Below are positions 37,965 through 48,222 of a stretch of 64,000 nucleotides of DNA, piece by piece; positions within the stretch are counted from its first letter, which is position 1, and each line of letters begins with the position of its first letter. The position numbers and the translations under genes were made by a program. A model generated the notes under the pieces. The model saw only the letters and a list, made by a program, of their open reading frames with translations, ran no database searches and was not told the origin of the DNA. Origin of the DNA: a bacterium (GTDB lineage Bacteria; Patescibacteriota; Minisyncoccia; Phycocordibacterales; JAKAEA01); contig JAJYGQ010000003.1 in the NCBI GenBank assembly GCA_021785065.1, positions 2,470 through 66,469 of the forward strand, in the 5' to 3' direction.

Positions 37965-40900
37965 ATGAAATTTTTGCAGCAGTGTGTGTTACTTGGTGTT
38001 GTGGCGGTGTGCGCTAGCGTGCTTGGTTGGTCACCGGCGTATGCGGCTGGCACGGTACCGGTTACGGGCGATATGGCTACTGACACCGTATGGACGGCCG
38101 ATGATGGCGTCTATGTGGTTTCCAGTGTCGTCACTATCGACCCGGGGGCGACGCTTTATATTGAACCAGGTACGATAGTAAAATTTTCTCAAGGCGCAAG
38201 TCTCAATGTCCTCGGGGCATTAAATGCCGCGGGCAATCCAGTAAATCCGGTGTACTTTACTTCGTTTGCCGACGACGCTGTTGGCGGTGACACAAATGCT
38301 GACGGTTCGAATTCGTTGCCATCAGCTTCCGATACTTGGGACATTAACTTTCTCCACGCTTCGTATTCAACGATTTCTGGCGCGGTACTCCGCTATAGTA
38401 GCGGCGGAATATTTAATCTGGATTCTCGTTTGTCGCTCGCCAGTACCAGCGTAGCCTTTATGGATAATCCAATTTCAGTTTCGCAGGGAAAACTCAATCT
38501 CAGCAATGTTCTCTTTTCTCATATGTCTCAGGGCGCGCTATGGATATATGCCACCAGTAGTGCGACGCTTGCTTCAACCACGGTTACCAACAGTACAACA
38601 GGGGCGGTGATGGTATACAACAATAGCAATCTTTCGGCGCGTCAGCTTTCTGTGGTAGGCGAGCAAAATGGTCCGGCCCTTTCGGTATACAATCTCTCGA
38701 CCGCTACCTGCGAGCGGTGCGCACTTTCCGATAACGCTACTTCGGTGGTGGTGTATTCGGGAAGTAATCTCGCGCTCAATCATTCGTCCATTGAAAATGC
38801 TACCGGCACCGCCGCTACCGATTTCGAGCTGTATGACCCGGCGTGGAATACGTCGCTACCCAGACATTCGCAGGCTACGTTGTCCGCGACAACGCTGCGC
38901 GGCGGCAAGGACGGCATCATTGTTTTTGGACCGGTAACGTTGCGCCTAGCCACTACAACTATAGAAAATTTTTCCGACGACGGTATTCAAGCTTACGATG
39001 GAGCAACGCTTGTGGGATCTTCGCTACGGGTGAGCAAAAATAAAAATGCTGGTTTAGAAATGTGGTCGACGGTTAACGGGTCGGTGCGCTACAGTGATAT
39101 TTCTGATAATGGTCAATTTGGCATATTGAGTCGGACGGCCACGCCTTTTGCCGCTGTGCAAAATTGGTGGGGAAGTGCTAGCGGGCCCCATCACGCCACG
39201 CTCAATACTAACGGTTCCGGTGACACTGTTTCGGATAACGTCACCTTTTCTCCGTGGCTTCAGGATAAAACGCCTCCGGACCCCGTGGACCCGCCGCCCT
39301 GTTGCTCAAGCGTTCTCTTTATTCCTGGTATTGAAGCGAGCCGATTGTATGCAACCTCAAGCACGCTACTTGGTCGCCTAACCAAAAGAGCGGGTACGAA
39401 AGAAATTCAACTTTGGGAACCAGGATTTACGACGCCCATTAATAAACTTATGCTCGATGAATCCGGTGCCAGTCTCAATTCGGTGTATACCAAAGATATT
39501 ATTACGACCACCAACGAACTGTTGCCAATGTCTAACATAGACATATATAAAACTTTTTCTGGCGTGCTCACCACTCTTGCTACTGAAGGGGCGATTGCGT
39601 CGTGGCAAGCTTACCCTTATGATTGGCGACTTGATCCGCAGTCGCTTGTCGAAAATGGCACACAACTCGCCGCAACGCTGTCTCGGTTAGAGCCGATGGT
39701 TGAGTCGCTGGCCGCGAGTTCAAAAACCGGGAAGGTGACTATTGTTGCCCATAGTAACGGTGGCATACTCGCAAAACTTTTATTGAGTAAGTTGCAAGCC
39801 GAGGGAAAAAGTCAGCTCGTGGATACATTAGTGTTCGTTGCGGTGCCGCAATTAGGGACACCGATAGCTATACCCGCTCTTCTTTCAGGGTATGGTCAGC
39901 AAATTGGCATGGGTTTTATTTTAAACGCCACCACCGCTCAGCATCTTGCTCAAAATATGCCTGCCGCATACAGCTTTATTCCTTCAGCGGCATATTTTCA
40001 TACCACGACATCACCTGTCATTTTTGATCCTTCGCTCAAGACGATTTCTGATTTGTATCAAAATTACGGTCCCGTTATTTCTGATGCTACGTCTCTCGCA
40101 AAATTTTTAACAGCAACAACAAACACAAAACGTTCCTCACCAATAGTGACCCCGGCAAATAGTACACTGCTGGCCGCGGCGACTAGGTTGCACGTCTCGC
40201 TTGATAGTTGGCAGGCACCATCTGGTGTCAATGTTATTACGGTGGCCGGTGTGGGTATTGATACACTTTCTGCTACACGTTATTACGCGCGCCCACCGTC
40301 GTTTTGGGGTAACTTATGGGGAGCTTCGGCTACTATAGACATGTCTCCCCAAATGACATCACTCGGCGACAATACCGTGGTAACACCAAGCGCCGCGGCT
40401 ACCATCCCCAAGTCGTTTACGTACTACATTGATTTAGCCGCGTACAACAATAAGAGCGGAAAAAATCGCGGGCATGCTGATATTTTAGAAGCCGAACCAA
40501 CCGACGAGCTTCTCATAGATATCATACGGGGTTCGGTGGGCACAGCGGCGTCACTCTCGCCAGTATTACCTCATTTTGTTTCCACAACTATTCCCGCCAA
40601 CTACCTTACCAATGCTAGTAATACAAAAACAGAAGAACAAATAAGCGTCCATTCACCGGTGGTGTTAAATGTATACGATGATCAAGGGCGACACACTGGT
40701 CCTGTTAAAAATATTACTGCGATAGATTCAGCGCTTATTCCCACCGAAAGCAAAATTCCCAATAGCTACTATCTACCCTTCGGGGAAGGGCAATACGTAG
40801 GGGTGCCTTTAGGAACGAAAGGAAAAATTGTCCTTTCGGGAACAGCGGCAGGATCAGCCACGCTTGATATTACAGCGTATGGTACGACCACGCAGTTTTC

Positions 40901-41207
40901 CGATATTCCCGTGATGAAAACATCTATTGCTACGGTAGATCTTGGCAGCACTACGCCATCACTTGATCTTGACTACGACGGCGACGGTACTATTGATGTC
41001 GTCTTTCCTCCAACGCCCGCCGGCGCTACAGCATATCCAGCCGCAGTTCAAAAACTTATCAGTGCGTTTTCTCGAAACCGAGCACATCATAAAAATATGC
41101 TAGGAAAATTAGAAAGCATCATTGAGACCATTAAAGAAAAATTTGACGATCATGTTGTTTCGTCTGACCATCCTGACCGCGCTGTTCCCACTACCTTGGA
41201 CCATTGA
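37965..41207 (+). CDS. Large secreted protein: right-handed beta-helix fused to an alpha/beta-hydrolase (LCAT/lipase-like) domain
   Basis: Signal peptide; TLYIEPGTIVKF, PVYFTSFADD, NWWG beta-helix flanks; FIPGIEAS, YPYDWRL, IVAHSNGG, PQLG, GDNTV, HADI. Confidence 0.8.
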   Translation: MKFLQQCVLLGVVAVCASVLGWSPAYAAGTVPVTGDMATDTVWTADDGVYVVSSVVTIDPGATLYIEPGTIVKFSQGASLNVLGALNAAGNPVNPVYFTSFADDAVGGDTNADGSNSLPSASDTWDINFLHASYSTISGAVLRYSSGGIFNLDSRLSLASTSVAFMDNPISVSQGKLNLSNVLFSHMSQGALWIYATSSATLASTTVTNSTTGAVMVYNNSNLSARQLSVVGEQNGPALSVYNLSTATCERCALSDNATSVVVYSGSNLALNHSSIENATGTAATDFELYDPAWNTSLPRHSQATLSATTLRGGKDGIIVFGPVTLRLATTTIENFSDDGIQAYDGATLVGSSLRVSKNKNAGLEMWSTVNGSVRYSDISDNGQFGILSRTATPFAAVQNWWGSASGPHHATLNTNGSGDTVSDNVTFSPWLQDKTPPDPVDPPPCCSSVLFIPGIEASRLYATSSTLLGRLTKRAGTKEIQLWEPGFTTPINKLMLDESGASLNSVYTKDIITTTNELLPMSNIDIYKTFSGVLTTLATEGAIASWQAYPYDWRLDPQSLVENGTQLAATLSRLEPMVESLAASSKTGKVTIVAHSNGGILAKLLLSKLQAEGKSQLVDTLVFVAVPQLGTPIAIPALLSGYGQQIGMGFILNATTAQHLAQNMPAAYSFIPSAAYFHTTTSPVIFDPSLKTISDLYQNYGPVISDATSLAKFLTATTNTKRSSPIVTPANSTLLAAATRLHVSLDSWQAPSGVNVITVAGVGIDTLSATRYYARPPSFWGNLWGASATIDMSPQMTSLGDNTVVTPSAAATIPKSFTYYIDLAAYNNKSGKNRGHADILEAEPTDELLIDIIRGSVGTAASLSPVLPHFVSTTIPANYLTNASNTKTEEQISVHSPVVLNVYDDQGRHTGPVKNITAIDSALIPTESKIPNSYYLPFGEGQYVGVPLGTKGKIVLSGTAAGSATLDITAYGTTTQFSDIPVMKTSIATVDLGSTTPSLDLDYDGDGTIDVVFPPTPAGATAYPAAVQKLISAFSRNRAHHKNMLGKLESIIETIKEKFDDHVVSSDHPDRAVPTTLDH

Positions 41208-41242
41208 CATATCTTAAAAACGAGATAGTATAGGGCGACGTG

Positions 41243-41282
41243 TGCCAAAGACAAGAGGCATCCCATAAGCCCTCTCGAGGTT
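41243..41282 (+). promoter_or_regulatory. Probable L10 (rplJL) leader autoregulatory RNA
   Basis: AAGACAAGAGGC..ATAA-GCCCTCTCGAGG resembles the L10-leader core; downstream of TTGACA(41204)-16-TAGTAT and upstream of rplJ. Confidence 0.55.
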
Positions 41283-41339
41283 CTATTCTCACCACTTTGC
41301 CACGGGTCGATTAAGAATTTTACTCGTAGATTCGTATCT

Positions 41340-41843
41340 ATGGCTCTATCAAAAAGTAAGAAAAAGGAAGTTTTAGACAAGGTTTCGCAGATTGCTGCAA
41401 AATCAGCGTCTATGGTGTTTGTGAACTTTCATGGTTTGCCGGTAGCGGAAACCACCGAGCTGCGCCGCGATCTTCGCGCCCAGGGTGTTAGCTACACGGT
41501 TGCGAAGAAGACCCTAATGCGTCGAGCCCTCGCTAGTGATATTGGTAAAACAATAGCGGGCGAGATGCCCGAGCTCGGCGGTGAAGTGGCTATTGCCTAC
41601 AGCACCGACGACGCATTAGCGCCAGCTCGAGAAGTGTATGCTTTTGAAAAAAAGCATGAAGGAAAAATTTCCATTCTCGGTGCCGTCTTCGATAACGCCT
41701 ACATTGATCGCGATGCCACTATGGCAATTGCGAGCATCCCACCACGCCAAACGCTCTTGGGTATGCTGGTAAATGTTATCAATAGTCCTATTCAGCGAAC
41801 AGCGATAGCACTGAGTGAAATCGCAAAAACCAAAACAGCGTAA
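41340..41843 (+). CDS. rplJ: 50S ribosomal protein uL10
   Basis: [37 protein letters not shown]. Confidence 0.93.
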   Translation: MALSKSKKKEVLDKVSQIAAKSASMVFVNFHGLPVAETTELRRDLRAQGVSYTVAKKTLMRRALASDIGKTIAGEMPELGGEVAIAYSTDDALAPAREVYAFEKKHEGKISILGAVFDNAYIDRDATMAIASIPPRQTLLGMLVNVINSPIQRTAIALSEIAKTKTA

Positions 41844-41889
41844 GTTTCAGTCGTCGTCCGCAATATTATTATTTCAATCATTAATTATT

Positions 41890-42303
41890 ATGGCAGAAGA
41901 AACAACAGCCGCTCCCGCCGCCGAAAAGGTGGAGGTACCGGCTCAATTCAAAACAATTGTCGAAAGTATTGAAAAAATGTCAGTGTTAGAACTGAACGAA
42001 TTAGTAAAAGTGTTCGAGAAGCGCTTCGGTGTTTCAGCCGCTGCTGTCGCCGCCGCTCCCGCCGCTGGGGCCGCTCCCGCTGCCGAAGAGAAGAGCACCT
42101 ACAATGTGCACCTGGCCGATGCCGGTGCTGGCAAGATTGCTGTTATCAAGGCAGTGAAGGAGGTGCTCGGTCTCGGTCTTAAAGAAGCAAAAGATTTAGT
42201 AGATGCCGCTCCATCAGTGCTTAAGGAAGGCATGAAGAAAGAAGACGCAGAAGCTCTCAAAAAGAAAGTTGAAGAGGCCGGCGGAAAAGTTGAGCTCAAA
42301 TAA
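41890..42303 (+). CDS. rplL: 50S ribosomal protein bL12
   Basis: [38 protein letters not shown]. Confidence 0.96.
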   Translation: MAEETTAAPAAEKVEVPAQFKTIVESIEKMSVLELNELVKVFEKRFGVSAAAVAAAPAAGAAPAAEEKSTYNVHLADAGAGKIAVIKAVKEVLGLGLKEAKDLVDAAPSVLKEGMKKEDAEALKKKVEEAGGKVELK

Positions 42304-42307
42304 TAGC

Positions 42308-42340
42308 AAAAATATGCCCGCTCCAAGCGGGTATATTTTT
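42308..42340 (+). terminator. Intrinsic terminator after rplL
   Basis: AAAAATATGCCCGCT-CCA-AGCGGGTATATTTTT. Confidence 0.75.
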
Positions 42341-42357
42341 ACGATATACTACATCCC

Positions 42358-42987
42358 ATGATTGAAATTCTAGAAAAATTATTTGGTTCGGGGGCCAAAG
42401 TAAAAATAATGCGATTATTTTTGTTTAATCCGCATGCCTCGTTTTCTCTGATAGATATTGCTGAACGTTCACAAGTTGCACCGGTTGAAGCAAAGCGCAC
42501 ACTTACACTCTTTGAAGATATTGGTCTCGTTAAACAGCGTCATAGTGTACGAAGCAGTAAAAAACATTCAGCTAAAAAAAGTCATAAAAAGGAAATCAAA
42601 TTTAATAACACTAGCAGTTGGAGTATCAATAAAGATTTCAGTTACCTTAGACAATTACGTGAATTATTGCTCTATCCGAGTCCGGTTCGCGATAAGGAAA
42701 TTCTCACTCGTCTTGCTCGATCAGTAAAATTGCGATTAGTAATTTTATCGGGTGTATTTCTACAAAATCTCGACGCTCGTATAGATATGCTTATTGTTGG
42801 TGATAATGTTAAAAAGACCACACTTAGTACGACGATTAAAAAAATAGAGTCTGAATTGGGTCGCGAAATAAAATATGCCGCTTTTGAGACGGCTGATTTC
42901 AAGTACCGAATGAATATGTACGACAAGCTTGTGCGCGATGTGCTTGATTATCCCCACGAGAAAATTCTTGACAAAATAGGCCTCTAG
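42358..42987 (+). CDS. Hypothetical protein with N-terminal HTH and C-terminal nucleotidyltransferase-like fold
   Basis: LFGSGAKVKIMRLF HTH start; LSGVF...IDMLIVGD, ESELGREIKY. Confidence 0.65.
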   Translation: MIEILEKLFGSGAKVKIMRLFLFNPHASFSLIDIAERSQVAPVEAKRTLTLFEDIGLVKQRHSVRSSKKHSAKKSHKKEIKFNNTSSWSINKDFSYLRQLRELLLYPSPVRDKEILTRLARSVKLRLVILSGVFLQNLDARIDMLIVGDNVKKTTLSTTIKKIESELGREIKYAAFETADFKYRMNMYDKLVRDVLDYPHEKILDKIGL

Positions 42988-43019
42988 TTTCGCGTTTTGT
43001 AATCAGGCCCCCTATCTGC

Positions 43020-43047
43020 TTGACGCAAAAACCATTTCGAGTATAAT
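43020..43047 (+). promoter_or_regulatory. Promoter of the 23S-5S unit
   Basis: TTGACG-16 nt-TATAAT ~280 bp upstream of 23S. Confidence 0.7.
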
Positions 43048-43857
43048 AGCTCCTACCTGAATATGTTGATCAAAAAATTCCACTGCCGCTCGTAAAGGCC
43101 CTTAACAACGGCTTTTATGTCCGCGGCAACGCGGATTTTTTGTTTTCCGAACGATTGTTGCTTGAAAAATACATTCCGTCGCGGCACGACTTTCTAGCAT
43201 CGGCAACGATGTTAGAGGGGTCTTTATAGTGTCGTAGACGGGCAGGTAAAACAATACTGTTATTGAGAATCTTTGATTCCAGATAACAGAGTATATTAAT
43301 TGTGGTTCTTACATTTCCTGACGGGAATGTAAGGGCATATGGTGGATGCCTTGGCTTCAAAAGGCGATGAAGGACGTAGCATAACTGCGATAAGCTTCGG
43401 GGAGGTGTCGAGCAACCGTCAATCCGAAGATTTCCGAATGAGGAAACTCCCGCGTTTTAACGCGGACGTTTGCGCTTGACGCAAACGAGTATACCCAGGG
43501 AAGTAAAACATTTCAGTACCTGGAGGAATAGAGACCAATCGCGCAAGCGAATGGAATTTCCTAAGTAGCGGCGAGCGAAAAGGAATGAGCCCAAACCCGA
43601 TTCCACCTTTGCTGTTTGACGAGAGTCGAATAGCGGAGGTGCGATCGGGGGTTGTAAGGCGGTAACGTCACTTTTATAGTGAGAAGAGTTACAAAATGAG
43701 ATAGTAGCGGAACGTGCTGGAAAGCGCGGCCCCAGAGGGTAATGGCCCCGTACGCGAAACTAACTCATCTCTTTTGTTACCGTTCTTGAGTACCTCGAGA
43801 CACGAATGGCTCGGGGGAATCCAGCGGAACTAACCGCTAAGGCTAAATACTTTTGAA

Positions 43858-43897
<40 letters not shown>

Positions 43898-43954
43898 CAG
43901 CCCGGTGAGGGCGGTGAAATAGACCTGAAACCATATGCCTACAAGGAGTCAGAG

Positions 43955-44399
43955 CGGGGTACCACTTTGCGTGGTATGACGTTCTCAAAATAAAATTAAG
44001 AAAATTTATCTTTCATTCATCAAAATTTTATTGCTGAATATATACACTTTTATTGTGTACTATGTTTATGTAATACAAAGTTTGATGGATACAACCTTCT
44101 ACATAGGTTATACGAATTCAATTGATCGAAGATTGAAAGAACATAACTATAGTAAGGGTCGCTTTACCAGGAAACATATTCCCTGGAAACTTGTTTACTA
44201 TGAAGCATTTAACGACAAATTTCTAGCGAAACGTCGAGAAAAGATGCTCAAAGAAACCAGTAGGGCTTGGCAAGAATTACGAAAACGTCTCGGTGTTAAT
44301 TATCGAGAAAAAAAATCGCAAACAAATCCAGCCCAAGATATATTATTTTCTAAGTAAGTTTATAATTGAGGATGTCATAGTGCCTAAAGTGGTACCCCG
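43955..44399 (+). mobile_element. Protein-coding intervening sequence in 23S helix 25
   Basis: 14-bp perfect terminal stem CGGGGTACCACTTT/AAAGTGGTACCCCG plus TATGACGTTCTCAA/TTGAGGATGTCATA, enclosing an ORF. Confidence 0.85.
44055..44357 (+). CDS. Small GIY-YIG nuclease inside the 23S insertion
   Basis: YVYVIQS..FYIGYT..RRLKEHN..FT...PWKLVYYE..A..RE..LK; GTG start assumed. Confidence 0.85.
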   Translation: MYYVYVIQSLMDTTFYIGYTNSIDRRLKEHNYSKGRFTRKHIPWKLVYYEAFNDKFLAKRREKMLKETSRAWQELRKRLGVNYREKKSQTNPAQDILFSK

Positions 44400-46098
44400 T
44401 CATGGCGTGCCTATTGAAGAATGAGCCAACGAGTTCTAGCATCCTGCGGGCTAAAGGCGCGAGCCTGGAGCCGCAGGGAAACCGAGTGTGAATAGCGCGT
44501 TTGTAGGATGCTAGAGACCCGAAGCCAGAGCGATCTACCCATGTGCAGGGTGAATGGTGCCGAAAGGCACCAGGAGGCCCGAACCGATAAGCCGTTCAAC
44601 ACTTTCGGATGACATGTGGGTCGAAGTGAAAAGCTAATCGAGCCTGGTAATAGCTGGTTCTCTCCGAAATAGCTTTTGGGTTAGCGTCGAATGTTCCCAG
44701 GGGGGGTAGAGCACTGGAAGGTCTCGACAGGGCGAAAGCTCGCGAGACCTATCAAACTCCGAATACTCTTGGTTAAAAGTTCGGCAGTTAGACTGTGGGG
44801 GCTAAGCTCCATTGGTCAAAAGGGAAACAGCCCAGATCTCCAGTTAAGGTCCCTAAATTTATGCTAAGTGCACTTAAGGTGGTAGAAATTCTCTAACAAT
44901 GAGGAGGTTGGCTTAGAAGCAGCCATCCTTTAAAGAAAGCGTAACAGCTCACTCATCGAGAGTTTCCGCGCCGAAGATAATCGGGGCTAAGCATAGTACC
45001 GAAACTGAGGACATTATTTTTCTTCGGAAAAATAGCGTGGTAGGAGAGTTTTCGTGTTGCGATGAAGGCGAAGGGGTGACCCACGCTGGAGCGTCACGAA
45101 GTAAGAATGTTGGCACAAGTAACCGCAATCAGTGTGAAAACCACTGACGCCGAAAGATCAAGGTTTCCTTGGCAATGACAATCAGCCAAGGGTTAGTCGG
45201 TCCTAAGGGGATGGCGAACGCCGCACCCGATGGATACATGGTTAATATTCCATGACTTTTGTGTTAGGCGATGAGAGGACGGAGTGCAGTATCCCGAGCA
45301 CCTTATTGGATTGGTGTTCGTGTCGTGAGAGTGGCGTGTAGGAAAATCCGCACGCGGCCGTAAGGCACATTCAAGCGAAGCGAAGCTGTTGAGGGCGACC
45401 TCGACCAATTCGGGAAAGCGCGCTTCCAAGAAAAGTCTCTAAGCTTACTAACACAGAAACCGTACCGCAAACCGACACAGGTGATCAGCTCGAGTAGAGC
45501 AAGGCGAACGAATGAGAAGTCCCCAAGGAACTCGGCAAAAAAGCGGCCGTAACTTCGGAATAAGGCCTGCCTATCGCAAGATAGGCCGCAGCTAAAGTAT
45601 GCTTGGCAACTGTTTACCAAAAACACAGCTCCCTGCGAACTCGAAAGAGGATGTATAGGGGGTGACACTTGACCAATGCCAGAAGGTCAACTATCGGCGG
45701 TGCGATTATATCAAGCTGACTGGTACAAGCCCTGGTGAATGTCGGTCGTAACTATAACGATCCTAAGGTAGCGAAATTCCTTGTCAGGTAAGTTCTGACG
45801 CGCACGAATAGTGTCATGACTGAGCAACTGTCTCGGGGACCCGTTCGGTGAAAATACAATACCGGTGAAGATGCCGGTTACCTGCAGCTAGACGAAAAGA
45901 CCCCGGAAGCTTTACTGCAACTTGGTATTGAGCGTACGTTGTTGATGCGTAGCATAGGTGGGAGAGGTTGAGGGCATGATCTCGGTTGTGCCGGACTCGT
46001 CAGTGAAATACCACTCTTCATAGGTGTACGTTCTAACCCGCGCGGCAAAAACGCGCGGAAACAGTACTAGGCGGGCAGTTTTAGTGGGGCGCTATCCT

Positions 46099-47058
46099 CA
46101 ACTTTGGGCGCCTCAGATTTGGTAAATGGTTCAAACGACCCTCCACCAAGTCAAATTATAAAATCAGGGGGACTTTAGTCCGTAAGGGCTATCGAAAAGT
46201 TAGCTATATGCTGGAACATCCGAGTATCTTTATGTACTCGCTCAAGTTTTTTGAGCAGTGAAAATCGTAAAGTGCGGACAATCAGCAGGAAATGCTCCTA
46301 TTCTAATATTTTTATTCAGCATAGAAGCAAATCCTCAGAGACTACACGCTAACCTCCGCGAAAGCGGATGATGATATAGTCCGATCTTTGTGGCGACACA
46401 AAGCTTACTACATATAGTAAGACCATTAATGAACACTAAGGAAATTCGGGAGTACAAAAACACTCTCAAACTTACTGACATTCAAAAATCTATTCTCGTC
46501 GGAACATTGTTGGGCGATGGACATTTAGAGACGCAAGATAACGGTAAAACGTATCGTCTCAAAATTGAACATCAGTTAGCCCAGCAAGACTACACGGAAT
46601 GGCTTCACAGCCACTTCAAAGAGTGGGTTAGAAATGGAATGTATAGAAAAGTAAAATCACAAGGTAAAGAATATGTCGGATTTACCACATATTCGCACGG
46701 CGCCTTCAGATTTTACGCTCAGCAATTTTACACTGAGAAAAAGAAACATATTCCCAGAATGATCAGTAAATTGCTAAATCCATTAGTTGTTGCGATCTGG
46801 TTTATGGATGATGGTTCGTGGAAATCAGAAAAACACGAAACCTTCATAATACATACGCTCGGATTCACAAAAGAAGATCTTACGTTGATACAAGATTCGT
46901 TTAGAAAATTGTTCAATATAGAAACTTCACTTCATCGACAAAAAGAAAGATATTGGAGGTTGTATATACGATCAAGTTCCGCAAAAGAATTTGAAAAACT
47001 AATACAACCTTACACATCACTCGTTGATTCTATGAAGAAAAAGATGGGTAACAATAAG
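46099..47058 (+). mobile_element. Group I intron after E. coli-equivalent U2262 of 23S
   Basis: Exons rejoin as TGGGGCGCTATCCT|CCTAAAGAGTAACGGAGG; 5' exon ends in U, intron ends in G; core motifs AATCAGCAGG, TCAGAGACTACA, GATATAGTCC; CTTTAG can pair with 3' exon CTAAAG. Confidence 0.9.
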
Positions 47059-47070
47059 CCTAAAGAGTAA
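46429..47070 (+). CDS. LAGLIDADG homing endonuclease (two-motif)
   Basis: ILVGTLLGDGHL and VAIWFMDDGS motifs; the last 3 codons and the stop lie in the 23S exon. Confidence 0.9.
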   Translation: MNTKEIREYKNTLKLTDIQKSILVGTLLGDGHLETQDNGKTYRLKIEHQLAQQDYTEWLHSHFKEWVRNGMYRKVKSQGKEYVGFTTYSHGAFRFYAQQFYTEKKKHIPRMISKLLNPLVVAIWFMDDGSWKSEKHETFIIHTLGFTKEDLTLIQDSFRKLFNIETSLHRQKERYWRLYIRSSSAKEFEKLIQPYTSLVDSMKKKMGNNKPKE

Positions 47071-47392
47071 CGGAGGAGTCTATTAAGGTCGGCTAGGCGC
47101 GAATGGAAACCGTGCCGATAGGGCATTGCCACAAGCCGGCTTGACTGCAAGAGGTAAGTCTCGAGCAGGTGCGAAAGCAGAGCAAAGTGAACCGACCATC
47201 CGCATTAGATGCGGTGGAAGATTATCTGACAAAAGCTACTCCGGGGATAACAGGCTGGTACTGCCTAAGCGTCCATAGCGACGGCAGTGTTCGGCACCTC
47301 GATGTCGGCTCAAGATATCCTCCTGGTGGAGAAGCTAGGAAGGGTTTGGCTGTTCGCCAATTAAAATCTTACGCGAGCTGGGTTCAGACCGT

Positions 47393-47714
47393 TCAGCGCT
47401 CAAATCGGAATTTTGGAATTTTCTGAAATTTTTGACATTGAGCATTGAACCGTCTGAATCCCGAGGTTTAGTTTCAGTTCCACAACTATCTGTAACTTGT
47501 TCACGGCGGTCCCGTCGAGTAATCGGCGGTGACACAGTCAACTTATATCGGTGAAGCCCATATCGTGGGAACACGAGTGCTGGTGACACCTAGGGAATTT
47601 TGTAAATTTTTACAAATGCCCGTAGAGACTACACGTTGACTATCTTTCTCGGAGTTTATAGACCGAGTGAGATAAAAATATAGTCCATTGCACGGAGTGA
47701 TCCGTGGAAACAAG
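47393..47714 (+). mobile_element. ORF-less group I intron after E. coli-equivalent U2593 of 23S
   Basis: Exons rejoin as GGGTTCAGACCGT|CGTGAGACAG; intron ends in G; P7 strands GTAGAGACTACA and AATATAGTCCA. Confidence 0.88.
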
Positions 47715-47856
47715 CGTGAGACAGGTTGGTCTCCTATCTGCTGCAGGCGTTGATTCTTGAAGAGATTTGACTCTAGTACGAGAGGACCGAGTTGAACTGA
47801 CCTCTGGTGTGGCAGCTCTGGCGCCAGCTGGACCGCTGCGTAGCTATGTCGGGAAC

Positions 47857-47889
<33 letters not shown>

Positions 47890-48071
47890 GACTCTAAGAT
47901 TAGGAATCGTTAAGACCCGTGGGAGATGACCACGTTGATAGGCACCAGGTGTACGCACAGTAATGTGTTGAGCCGAGGTGTACTAATTGGTCGATCTTGT
48001 CAGGAAATGTACGAAGCACAAAATATACTCTGTTACCTGGAATTACAAAGAAATTAAAACATTGAATGTTG

Positions 48072-48186
48072 TGTTCTGGTGGTTCGTCGCGGAGGTCACA
48101 CCTGATCTCATTCCGAACTCAGAAGTTAAGCTCCGTTGAGGCGATGGTACCGTCTATGGATGGGAGAGTAGCTCGCCGCCGGAACA
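48072..48186 (+). rRNA. rrf: 5S rRNA
   Basis: CACCTGATCTCATTCCGAACTCAGAAGTTAAG, GGGAGAGTAG; terminal stem TGTTCTGGTGG/CCGCCGGAACA. Confidence 0.93.
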
Positions 48187-48222
48187 GAGTATTCAATTTT
48201 TATATGATAGAATAGTAGTATT

